Assembly: GCA_964247055.1 (NCBI GenBank)
Contig: OZ176050.1
Location: 15,004,001-15,068,000 of the forward strand
Source: Paragordius varius
Lineage: Eukaryota; Animalia; Nematomorpha
Length of the DNA: 64,000 nucleotides
Direction: 5' to 3'
Shown: in pieces, positions 50,100 through 62,446 of the stretch
Layout of the letters: every line of letters begins with the position of its first letter
How positions within the stretch are numbered: position 1 is the stretch's first letter
The notes under the pieces: model-generated
What the model saw: only the letters and a program-made list of their open reading frames with translations
The model's database searches: none
What the model was told of the DNA's origin: nothing
Position numbers and translations under genes: made by a program

Positions 50100-51595
50100 A
50101 TGGGGAATATCTTTACACAAGTAAATTTTTTCGTTTTTTAAGCCAATATTATTATAATTAACTCATCATTGTCTATATCATATCATAACATATTTGCAGG
50201 AAAATGTGGAAGAAAAATTCGAAATTATACTACGCAATCATAGGGTGGCCTTCGAATCCAAATGGAATTCGCATGAAAAAGGTGCGTATAGCAAATGCGA
50301 TGATTTCATTTACATTAGGCGTTTGGGGGAGGGCGGATTTGGTAAAGTCCTCCTGGGAAAGTGTAAAAGAACCAAAAAGTTTTTTGCCATAAAACTCATG
50401 TTAAAACGCGACTTGGTAGATAAACGACAAGTCAAACAAGCCTTCAATGAACGCAAAATTTTGTTTTGCAATGATTTCCGTTTCCTCATGTCACTCCACA
50501 GTTTTGCCAAAGATTATTCCACCCTTTATCTCGTGATGGAGTTTATGGATGGTGGGGAACTCTATGCCTACCTCAAACGCATGAAACGTTTTAGCGAACC
50601 GCTAGGCCGCTTTTATGCGGCACAAGTCATTCTTGGCATCAAATATCTCCATACGATGGATCTCACTTACCGTGATATGAAACCCGAAAATTTGCTGTTG
50701 GACATTCGCGGTTACCTCAAGATTGGTGATTTTGGCTTTGCTAAGAAGGTTAAAAACAAAACTTGGACTTTTTGTGGAACACCTGATTACATGGCACCCG
50801 AAGTTATCTTGAGTCTCGGTATGAATCAAGCTGTCGATTGGTGGGGCATTGGTATCCTGATATTTGAAATGTGCGCCGGCTTTGCACCCTTTGCCGACCC
50901 CCAAGAGGACAATGTATATGCCAAAATATTGGCTGGCCAATACAAAATTCCTTACCATTTTAGTCAACAAGTAGTTGGTAGTTTTTTTGTTTTACACAAT
51001 AGAAATTGGAATTATACGGATAAAACGTAAAAATATAAAGGCAAATATTTTTTTCTCGAAAGACTAACCATACTTTTTTAAGCTTATTTTTTTCTTAAAT
51101 GAACTATTCAATCCTTTTAAAATATATAATTGATTGTTACATACTTTATTTCAAACAATGAATTTCAATTAATCAATCAATTAGGATTAAAAAAGTATGG
51201 TTATCTTTTAGAAAAAAATATTTGTCTTTTAACGTTTTGTCCGTATAATTCCAATTTTTACTGTAATTTTCATGTCGTCAAAAACCATTTTCCAAATGAT
51301 TATTTTTCATATTTAAACGTGTGCGCAGGTAGAAGATTTAATTGAACAATTTCTAAGGGCAAACCCTTCGACTCGATTGGGTATGGGTGCGAATGATACA
51401 CAAAAAATAAGAAGTCATCCCTGGTTTACTAATTTGGATTGGACGCTTATATATGAGAAAAAAATTATATCGGATTTGGTCCCCGATTGTCCGACACGAT
51501 TGCAGTTGGAAAGTAAAAAACAGGCTGACATTCAAAAACATTTGGGCCCTGTGGCGAGCTCTGAGGAATTTCCTGATCTTTTTGCGGATTTTTGA
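50100..51595 (+). CDS. Divergent cAMP-dependent protein kinase catalytic subunit-like AGC kinase, 3 exons
   Basis: Exons: 50100-50120 (MGNIFTQ), 50200-50970, 51329-51595. Motifs GEGGFGKV, FAIK, YRDMKPENLL, DFGFAK, TWTFCGTPDYMAPE, AVDWWGIGILIFEM, HPWF and a terminal FxxF hydrophobic motif (FADF-stop) typical of PKA-C. Confidence 0.9.
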
Positions 51596-51951
51596 AGGAA
51601 GAAATGATAGATTGTTATTATCACAAAGGAAAATTGAGACGAAAAAAATGGATAGGCTCCCTTGATCATCAAATTGTTAATTATACGTGTTTTTAATGAC
51701 CGAATACCCTGAGAGCGTCATTTATAAAATGGCATATCCCTAACACTACTTTTATTCATTTATACAATAAATTATAGGTTGATTTATTGTTTGATTGTCT
51801 CTCTTAACTTACACAATGTATAATACAGTTGGATATTTTTTAAATGTAGTATGTATGTATATAATTGACTACGATCATATAATACAAATTATCCTTTACA
51901 ATAATAATAATAATCTTTATATAACAACATTAAAACACCTTTTGTGTCAAC

Positions 51952-54900
51952 CTACGATGGAAGTTCAAAGATATGAGGGCATTGACCATAATTCCGTTCC
52001 CAATAGGCATCGTTGAATTGCCAATCAATGTTATCGGAGTCGCGTTTAAAGTTGGGGTTCGGTCCTGAGGCGAACCACAGCGGACCCTTAACTATGTCAC
52101 AAGAACGGAGTTTATCCAAGCTCTGTAACTTGGTGCTGTGATCATTTGGATCAATGCGTAGAGCATTTAACTGTGAGGCTGACATTGATTTTACGGCTTT
52201 TGCTACGGTCCGCTGTTTTTCTTCGAGCGCATTCTTTAGCTTGGAGCTGAGATCAACTTTGCCATTTTCGTATTCCCGCATATCGGGTCGGAACCGAGAA
52301 TCGGTGCAAGGAAACTTTGAGGCATCGGGCGGTAACTCATTGAGTATCATACTGAAGAGTGAGAAGTTAAACATCTATATACAATAAAAATAAATATCGT
52401 TATGGAAATGCAATAATTAAAAAATTATGATAGAAGAGGGAACGAAACAAAAATATGTACAAGATAATTGGGGGTAAGGGATAATAAATGGAATATATTA
52501 AAATAAAAACAAACCATTGATGTTCTTTTTACATTATGATTTTTGAATTTTTCTAATTAGAAACCCAAGGCATGTTGATTTTTTTATTAAGTTTATTTAT
52601 GAATTTAAACTCTTGAACCTGTTTTGAATTGGCAGGTTTTGGCCTATAGTGCCAAAGTAGTTTTGATTGAGGTAGATCTAATACAAATTTTGCGTATTTT
52701 AAATGCTCGATCGTGGGTGGAGGAGATGTATCGTTTACTGGCATAGCACCTTCGGCGTATAACGTCTTTATGTTTAGTCAGAAAAAATATTTTTCACATA
52801 AAATGCAAACAAAAGGCATTTTTTTAAAAAGATAGCCATGCATGAATTCTATTGTTTTAAAATAACTTGTCGTTTTTTGTAATTTAAGGGATACATATGT
52901 AAATTGTTTACATTCATTCAGATAAAAATCAAAGTTATATAGTTTATGTGGGATATAACAAGGTTTTACAAAAGTATAGTTGTCTTTTTTAAAAAAATTT
53001 CCCTCTTTTAGTCATAATATTTCGTCTTTATAATTTCATTATATATCATTATAAAAATAAATGAAAAATAATACTTGGTAGGAATAAGCCTTTTTTGACA
53101 GCTAAAATATATTGATAAAAAGTATAGTTATAGATAAGTATAATGAGATTAAGGTAATATTTAATAGGGCTTACACTGCTACTCCGTCTCCGTAACATTT
53201 TATCCGTAACACTTTTACTGAGTGAATTTTCATAATTTTTGGGGGTAGTTGAGTACAGGGCTAGATTCCAATGCCCGTATAAGGCTCTAACTTTTGTATT
53301 CCTATATATACATTTAGATTTGTTAATCCATCTTATGAAATATTATATTCTCATTTAAAACTTTTAAGAATTTTGGGATCAATTAGTAAGTTCGATTCCG
53401 TATTGGTTGGTCGTCTCAAAATAAACAGTTAGAATCAAAATTTTTAAATGGAAAAATTAAAAGTTAATTGTTTTGATTCAGGTTTTGAAAAAGAGTTTTT
53501 GATACCTTTGATCTAAAATGAATCCATCGACGCGATTAACTTCTTTGCCAAACATACCCGCTGGTCGAAAATTGATAGAACAAGAATATCCATTAGTGTG
53601 GTTTTTGATATCTAGTGTACCAGTCTGTGGTATTGTTAAATTTAAAACAACTTTTGACTACAACATATTTCTATCTGGATTCATTAAATATACCATTTAC
53701 AATTCAAATTCACCCTTGAACAATTCAAATTACCCCTAAAAATAAATTATGTTTTCGGGCTAATATAACTCATCATTAATATGAAATATATTTTTACGAC
53801 ATAGTTTATTATTTTTTCAGCATTGTATTAATTTTAAACAATATTATATATTTTCAAAATATTAAAAATTAAAGCAACATATTAGGGTGAATTTGAATTG
53901 TTCAAGGGTGAATTTGAGGTGTAAATGATATAACAGTTGAAAAATGCTCCTTTGATTTTTAGGATAATCCAAACAAGTTTTATGTTATATTTTAAAAAGG
54001 TGGTGGCTTGAAAAAATAAGTTAATATAAAAACCAATGGTATATTTAATTTTATCCTATGAAAAATCTTTATTCAATGTCTGGATATACCAATGATGTTT
54101 AAAATAAATTGGAAATTTAAATTTTTGAAAAAAAAATTAGTTTAAAATTGATCAAAGCTTATAATTTTACATGTTCTATCCACAGTTTTCCCATTATAAT
54201 GTTGTGTATCGTGCAGTTTGGGTTAGTCCATGTATAACATTCATTGTGACTATGCATAAAATATGACAATAAAAATATTTCATTAAAGATCCTGAACGGG
54301 AGATTTTTTGAAAATTATATACAGTAAAATTAATATTATGCAGAAAAAACGAAATAACTTAAGGAAAGAATATCATTTTTGAAAATTAAACCAAGCTATT
54401 TAAAACCATAAACTTTTAATTACAATTTTAAAATTATGAAATGTAATGTACTTTTTTCCTATTTTATCATGATCGTATTTGAAAAATATTTGTCTTATAA
54501 TTTTTAAATTTTGTCCTTTATAAACAAAATTATGTAAAGAAATTCTAAGATAGTCACAGAAAAAACTTGAATACTTTTAATTTTAATATAAAAAATTCCA
54601 ACACTATTTTCCTTTTTATAAAACAATTTTTACTGCAAAATTTTATGAAAATTCAAAAAAATTACTTTTTAAGGTAGAGACTGATAACACCAATGGGTGT
54701 TACATCTAAAGCTTTCCCCCAAAACTTGCTTTTGGGATGGATGGAACCATGAAATTTGTACAGTTTTGATTCGGCATGGAAGGCACTGATGGGTGGGTGA
54801 TGAGACACCTGTTCACAAACCATACTGTAACCAGCTTCGGGCCTAAAAAAATTTTTTTGTTGCATATTTACAGTAAAAATTGAAATTATGCAGACAGAAC

Positions 54901-57900
54901 GTAAAACTCAAAATTAATAGACATATATTTGTCTAAAAGATAACCAACCAGACTGTATAAACCCTGATATTTCCTACATACATACATACATACATATACA
55001 TTATATACGGTAAAAATTGAAATTATACCGTCAAAAAGTGAAATATAAGGGAGAAATATTTTTATCCAAACAACAACCATACTTTTCAAACCTTAATGTT
55101 TCCCATATTAGCTACTTAGTTACAATTTTAAAATATAGAATTGATTGTGTTAGTATTATATATTTCTATTTCACACTGCTATTTAAAACAATGAGTTATA
55201 TCAAAAAAAAAGTATGGTTGTCTTTTTGAAAAAAATATTTGTTTTTATATTTTCACGTTTTGTCCGTATAATTTCATTTTTACTGTTTAAATTAAATTTA
55301 CTTAACACTTCGATTCAAATTGGGGTATCTAAATACCCCAGATTAAATTTAAATTAAAATTTTTAAAAAACTACTGAAGGAAACGGTCCCAATTTAAATT
55401 TATGCTTTTATCCTAATAAATATTAAATAAATGTGCCAAAATATCTTGGTAAAATTTTGTTTTGAAAAAAAGTTCCACCTCAAACTACTTCGACGCCATT
55501 TTTATTTTACAAAAATTTTGCAAAATATCGTCCTCATTTAATTTTAAGGGTAAAACTGAAGCTTGTTTTTTATATAAATTACATCTAATATTGATAAAAA
55601 TAGAAAAAGCGGTTTATTTTGTATTATTTTTTTAATTTTGCAATATGACACATGTCACGTTGACTAAATTTTTACCTTTCAGTTTTAGCTCAAAATAAGT
55701 AATATCAAGTATTTTTGAATAAAATTTTTTATATATTTCGGTTTATTAATGTTGTATTAGTGCAAAATTTTGCCATGGTTTCGATTGCTTCCATACTTTT
55801 AAAACTATTTGATTTTAAACAGGCCTGGGGTATCCAACTACCCCAATTTGAATCGAAGGACTAAAATGAGTGTGTTGTATCCAAGTGTTAATAACACCAC
55901 TTTACATCTGTAATATTCGTTTCCTAAAACAAGGATTTATATTCAATAATCATGTCAAAAGTACAGCGGTCTTTAAAAAATATTTGCCTTTAAATTTTTA
56001 CGTTTTGTCCGTATATAATTTTACTCTAAAAACACATAGGGCAGTTTATAATTAAGAAATCGAAGTTATTTGAAATTTATTGCATGTAAAACACTTAACG
56101 AATAGAATACCATTATCACATTTTTGTTTTCCTATTTATATAAGGTTAGGATTATAAAAAAATATTTATATTAAGCCAAAAATTTCAGATTTGAAAATGA
56201 ATATATAAAAATATTTTCTATAATTATGTATCTGTGGATTACTTACATGTCTAATTCATATGTTTCACCCAGGAGCGGATTAAAAGGCTTGCCTAAGCGT
56301 TCCCAATTCGTCGCACAACCAGAAACGGCGAAAGCAGCTATAAACTTTAAAATATAAATTTAAACCATATAGCAAAAATAAAATTCCGATTTTATCTTAT
56401 TTTTTGAGACATCTGATGGTTTAAAATATAGAATAGCCCTAATAATTTTTTAAATTATCCAATTAAAATAAATTTTAAACGGGTTAAAAACCGTTATATA
56501 AAAAATATTTTGTCAGGTTCAGTTTTATTACATAACCGTACCCCTAGTTTTTTTATTTTAAAATGGTAAAATCTTTTAAATACTGCCCACACCTTTTGCA
56601 TTTTAAACCAGTAAAGGTAGATAGATAGTATTGGTAAAATTGATAATTCATAAATTTTCTTTTCTAAGTCACTCACAAAATTTTGGCAACGATCTAGCAA
56701 AAATTGTTATATTGCTTGAAATCTAATTTTTATGATTTTATGCTGGAAATCTAATAATCCATACATTTTTTTAAATAAGGCCCGTCAGCTTTTTCAATTA
56801 AAAACAGGGGCCTGAAAAGCCATATATATTAGGAACCCCTGATATAGACACTATTTCAGACTTCAAGTTTAAAAAACTTGGCAATAGAGGAATATTAGAT
56901 ATTTATAGAAATCATATATGAATTCATAAATATAAAATCTAAGAAAAGAGATAATATATATAACTTTTACAATAAATATTTATTGGTTTATTAGAATAAA
57001 AAAATTATATGTAAACACACATGAATATATATATATATATATATATAGCAAGAAAATATGATAAAATATTTTAAATATGATAAATAACGGTAAAAATCAA
57101 GGTCAGCCTCTAAATAATAATAATAATGTGGAAATAAAAAATGTATTGCATTTTTCCACATAATTTTGACTGTGTATTAATATATTTTTTTTAAAAACAT
57201 AGTTTAAAATTTAGGGGGTTATATTTAGCTCAAAATGATAAAATAAATCAAAATAGATGAATGATTCAAGCGTCTATTTTAATAATTGTATGTTAAAAAT
57301 TATCAATTTAAGTACTTTAGAAAAAGTATTTTAACATTAAAAGATTTATTAACCCAAGTTATTAATACAAAATCAATTATTCTACAATCAAAGTTAATTT
57401 GAAATACAGGCCCTAAATATTAAAAATATCCAAAACTTGGCTTTTATACGTCATATAAACTTATTTATGAATAAAAAATTGGGTAAACGAAAAACCTGCT
57501 AACTACCCAATAAAGAAATACTTTTTAATAAAGATTTTCCAAGATTTTCTTAAATAAAAGTATCATATAGAATATTTTATTTTTTAAATAAAAAATTGGA
57601 TATATAAGAAAAACCTCCATTCTTTCGACAGGATTATCAGTGGCATCGGCTTGTTCCAACAAAAATGCATATTCCATATATTCTGTTAACCGTTGTAGAA
57701 ATGAAAGTGGTTCATTAAACACAATAGGCATAGCGATTTTGGATAAATCCTAATTTTATTTAGCACACAATACAATAATTGAAAAAAATAGTTGTATAGA
57801 CTTTAATATTCTATATAGTTCTGATATAAATTTGAAATTTGAATATTTTTTAAAAGATTAAATCAGTTTTGATAAAAAAAACTTACTTTCCCAATGCATT

Positions 57901-58455
57901 GTTTAAGAATGCTCCATACACTAATATCATCGTGTGAAGGCATTATGGCTGGTAATGTTGTTCTAAAAAATTAGATTTTATAATCTTTTACCAAAACTTT
58001 TGGGTAACCAATTTTTAAAAACTAATCAAAATTACAATAAGAATTGTAATTATACGGACAAAATGTAAAAATATAAAGACAATTTTTTTTCAAAAGACAA
58101 CCCAAACTTTTTTAAACCCTAATTTTTGTTATTAAAACAATTTGATAACAATCGTTAAATATGTCATTGATTAGGTTACCAATATACGTTTCTATTTTAT
58201 AATTTGCAATTCTAAATAATGAATTATATGTAAAAAATCAAGATTTAAAATGTATGGTTGTCTTTTAAAAAATATTTGTCTTTATATTTTTACGTTTTGT
58301 CCCTATGCACAAAAAATATGTTTTGAAGAAACAAGTAGGTAAACGCCAAGTTACCTGTGGTTTGTTTTAAGGTTTTTATTATCATTATTTTTATTAGTTT
58401 CTGGGGTCTGTAGAGGTCGGCTAGACCCAATAGCGTCTTTAAATTCGTCTTCCAT
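51952..58455 (-). CDS. Oxysterol-binding protein-related protein, short ORD-only ORP2/ORP1S type, 10 exons, 493 aa
   Basis: Exons (minus): 58455-58355, 57962-57887, 57749-57615, 56344-56247, 54842-54666, 54249-54171, 53624-53506, 53301-53175, 52765-52619, 52374-51952. Motifs: [58 protein letters not shown] fingerprint, [25 protein letters not shown]. An in-frame TGA three codons upstream of ATG 58455 supports the start. Confidence 0.93.
53691..53930. mobile_element. MITE family B copy
   Basis: taccatttacaattcaaattcacccttgaacaattc ... gggtgaatttgaattgttcaagggtgaatttgaggtgtaaatgata. Confidence 0.85.
55306..55887 (+). mobile_element. piggyBac-like MITE, 582 bp, TTAA target duplication, asymmetric ends
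   Basis: TTAA|CACTT ... AAGTG|TTAA. A perfect 20-bp subterminal inverted repeat CTTCGATTCAAATTGGGGTA (55308) / TACCCCAATTTGAATCGAAG (55839-55858) overlaps the left end but sits 24 bp inside the right end. Confidence 0.85.
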
Positions 58456-59479
58456 TTGATTTCAGGATATATATTTTTTGGAATTTTACGAATAATAAAG
58501 ATTGGAATATTTGGAAAGGTGACTGATTAGATGGAAAATAAAATTCCAAATATTTCAAACATGTAATGTTAAGAAGGTTTAAGAATTGCCACAATAAAAA
58601 ATATATCACAAAACTTTATTTAATTTGTAAACCCGCGCACAGGAATAAAAAATACTTTATATTATAAATATAAAAATTATTGGAATATTTCGCAATGTTA
58701 TATAAATAATGTATATATATATATATAAATGTAAAAATAGGAGCGTATAATAAATATTTATATTTATTGATGTAATGATGCCGCTATAACTGCTACATAT
58801 ATATGCATAATAATTAACATAAAAAAACGCAATTGCGGTATTATACGATCAAGGTATTTTTGGCGTAGGGAAAAGCCGTAGGCTATTATTAAAAAATGGA
58901 ATTTTTGCAATAATTTTTATTGATCAAAATCAATACGTAAAATTGTGTACATATATTATAAATAGCAAAATATATAATCAGATAGATATCTAGCCCTATA
59001 TATATTATATATTTAAATGACATAATTGCTGAAATTTCCCCAAGAGAGGAATTAATCCTGATTAATCACTTTAACTCAATAACAATTGGCTATTGCTAGT
59101 TGTGAAAGGTGAACAAAAAAATGTTAGCTTTTTTGGATTATTTGTAATGATGATTGTGTTAATAACATCTACAAATCTGACATAGCTTATTAATCACTAT
59201 TCCTGAAGTGTACCACATTTCAATGCAATAACTGACAACAAATTGATTTAAAGAAAATGATATATGAAAGATTTAAAATACTTTAAAACTTTTTTCATCA
59301 CAAAAGAAAGCGAAAGCGGCTTTAGTTTCAACGATCTCTCCTATATAGTTTTCCAATAAGAGGGCGTATACTAACTGAGATTTACGAAGAATATAAGAAT
59401 CTTAATAAAGTCGAGTTTTTCCGTAAAAATAAATTTTGAAAGGAAATTAATTATTTTCTTAATATTTGTCCACGGCTTA

Positions 59480-60400
59480 TACACTCATGGCCATGTCTCG
59501 TAATATTAAACTATGACAGAAAAACTATTTTTGTTTTGAAGCAATCAATTTAGAGTTCTCCGAATTCTACAGTGCCTCTCTTCGCTTTTCATTGCAAAAA
59601 GGTAATAATCAGAAGGGGAGGGCAGAAGAGTCCAGTGAATGCAGAAAATCTTATATAAAATAAGGTGGGTGCCTTTCCCTGGTGCTGTGTGCGACGGAGC
59701 ATTGTCATGTGAAAAAATCACTTTGTCATGTCTTCTGGCTTATTCCGGTCATTTTGCGATTCATGCATGGTTTAAATTAATTCGGTTAACATTTTTACTG
59801 GGTTTAAAAAATTCATAATACACAATACCGCTCTGGTCTCGCCAAACACAGAGCATGATCTCATTGTATATAAGCGATTTGATTTTGATGGTAAAAGTCA
59901 CGATTTTTCCTCTTTGAATTAACAAAATAAAGCTACTCATCACTAAGAATTCAATAAAAAAATGGTTTCCTTCGATGATGTTGAAGGAGATTTTTTTAAG
60001 CGATTTTTGAACGAAGTTCATTCTAATTTAGTTAAGGCCATTTACGAGCTTATCAGTCTCTCCCGTTGCTGTTAGAAACTACCGATTGTTTTTTGTGTTA
60101 GATATGATGGGTCTGCCAGTTGCGATTGAGTTTGAGTTTCATCATCCAATAAATATTTCACATGATCATCCTCGCATATGTAATCTACCATAGCGCCGAC
60201 TTTTTATTTAAATCATGTTTCACATGTTTTAAGCATTGGACCATGTTCTGATAAAAATAAGACGCTACCCCTTGGTTAAATCAAAATATGAGCACTTGTC
60301 GATTAATGTCAGAAAACGAAATGGATTTTCTATCGAAATAATGTCTGACTTTTTGCTGACGTCTTCTTTTAGTTAAACCAGTGATGATTTATAACTACAC
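59480..60400 (-). mobile_element. Decayed mariner (Mos1-like) transposase pseudogene
   Basis: Minus-strand fragments LLDDETQTQSQLAD (DNA-binding region), IMLCVWRDQSGIVYYEFFKP, HDNAPSH (59709-59689) and SDYYLF (about 59613-59596), with stops and frameshifts; one TIR-like end ttaggtgtagttat near 60385-60399. The other end was not identified. Confidence 0.8.
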
Positions 60401-60786
60401 CTAATATATTTTATGATTTTTAACATTGATGTTAAATTATTATGATTAAATGTGTCATAATAGGGAAAACTCTGTTGAAAAATCTTATTCGCAATGTCAG
60501 CCAATAATAGTTGACAAAATATCCAATTCTTAAACTATACTTTTAAATTTTTTGGGGTTCAGTACTTACAATGCATTACATAATATCGCCCTAGCAGTTT
60601 CAAATATTTTTCATTAAGATTGTGAGAATATTAATAAATAAAACTCATATACGTTTGTTAGTCTTTATAAGAAAATTTTACTTTTGAATTGGGTTTCCGC
60701 TTTTATCAAAACTACCCTATAAAGTTGATTCTATCTAAAACTAATAGATATGTTATCATCTTTAAGAAAATTTTTTGTTTTTTTAC

Positions 60787-61502
60787 CTTTTGCCAGGAAA
60801 AAGTCCATAAACTTCTTGTTGATGCCCTAAAAAATGTTGAGAAATGATTAATAATTTAGCCCTTAAAATATGAAAATTCCTAAATTGTATGATTACCTTC
60901 AATGGTGGATTGATAAGTGCTCGACGATTTATTTGTAGTGTTTGATGTTTGAGTACTTGTATAATAAGAGGCAGTTGCGCCTTTAAAGTATGAACAAAAA
61001 TTATAAAACAAAAAAACTCATTAAATTTTATTAAAAAAGACAGTATTTTTTTAATGCTTGATTTAAACAAAACCTAAATAATTTACAATGTAAATTAAGT
61101 AGGTTACCGAATTTCATCTTTCCATATATTTTGCAACTCAAAGTTAATATGAATTAAAATAAAGGAAGGTGAATATGGCACCTTAAAAAAATTATTTGCA
61201 TTTTAATTTTTACGCTTTGCCTTTATTGTTTCAATTTTTAGTGGAAATAAAATTATTCTACTTGTACTCGAGTTGGATGTTATATAACGATATTCATCAC
61301 TAAGCTTATATCCTTCAGAACTTTCTGAATTTGATGAGTTCTCATATGTTGTCATGTTATGACTTTTGAAATTTTTTCCAAGTTTTTTATTATCTTTATT
61401 TATGCGTTCATAAGTAGTTGAGAATTCTTTGCTTGAATTATTGGCTATTGTTTTATCTTCTTTACTTCCATTCTTATTCTGGAAAGATTGTGAAAGTCCC
61501 AT
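60787..61502 (-). CDS. Partial orphan gene, Ser/Thr/Asn-rich, beginning MGLSQS (possible N-myristoylation); 3' end unresolved
   Basis: ATG 61502 with an upstream in-frame stop and no intervening AG. Candidate exons 61502-~61260 (phase-1 donor ambiguous), 60980-60897 (ATASYYTSTQTSNTTNKSSSTYQSTIEG) and 60826-60787, with a 70-nt GT-AG intron. No recognised domain; the frame of the downstream exons is uncertain. Confidence 0.4.
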
Positions 61503-62446
61503 TTGTAAGATTATATTTTAACATTTTACTCTTGCTATTTGAGTTAAACACTTTGATTGTTGCAATACATAATTGTAATAATACATTTAATGTGGAATCA
61601 ATTTAGGGCAAACAATTACAGTCAAAATTAAAATTATACAGTCAAAACGTAAAATATAAAGACAAATATTTTAGTTAAAAGGACAATCATACTTTTTACT
61701 GAAAATTTTTCTATATAAATTATTTAATTATTGTAAATATATTGGTTTTACTAATATACTCTTCCTCAATCTTTGCAAAAAAATGAGATATATTCAAAAA
61801 AATTGAGTTTAAAAATTAAAATTACTTGTTCTTATATTTTTCCGTCCGTATAATTTCGATTTCGAGTGTATATATATACTGAAATACATATTTTCCGGAA
61901 TATGTATGGGCTGACCTCTTAATAATAACTTACAGACCCGCGTGCAACACAAATAATTATCTACGAATTATGACCAATATCAGTTATTTTAAAATTTTGA
62001 CCCCCTTTTCTGTAATTTGACGACGCTAAAGACACATTTAATAAAAATCCCTTTCAAAAATTTAAAAAATCATGATTCACCCTTTTGTACAACTATGGAC
62101 CGTAAAAAGGGACGTTAATTTTTAGTTTACCTTTTCGATTCACAGTGCATATTTGAGATTTTAGTTTGGCTACTGGCGAAGCTTACAACAAATTTCGTAG
62201 TATTCTCCTAAAATTTTTATTATTTGTATACTCTCTATGCAAAATTTGGGAAACATAGTAACTATATTAATATTAATTTACTATATATATACACATTACT
62301 AAACTAATTTACATAATATTAAATGAATAATGTCATAATTATCTACATGAATAGTTATGTAACATTAGATTACATCATATATATAAATGCATATATGTAA
62401 TCAAAAGTCAAAATATATCATAGACGAATGTATATGGAATGATAAA

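Noticed and set aside
33862-52387. Antisense or alternate-frame ORFs overlapping real exons (33862, 34808, 39069, 40281, 42060, 49485, 50204, 50310, 50602, 51353, 51453, 52154; also 920, 924, 4196, 11193, 14365)
   Set aside because: Shadows of more GC-rich coding exons whose true frame carries conserved motifs.
56262-56845. hAT-like ends CCAGGAGCGGATT (56269) and TTAGGAACCCCTG (56829-56841)
   Set aside because: The first is the antisense of the ORP exon encoding NPLLGET; the second has no matching partner with a target duplication.
1630-58730. Numerous (TA)n runs and the YIYIYI-containing ORFs they generate
   Set aside because: Ordinary microsatellites in AT-rich introns; not coding.
61870-62230. 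More GC-rich intergenic stretch examined as a possible tRNA, snRNA or spliced-leader RNA gene
   Set aside because: No cloverleaf, A/B boxes or recognisable snRNA or SL motif by eye; an Infernal/Rfam scan would be needed to exclude it.
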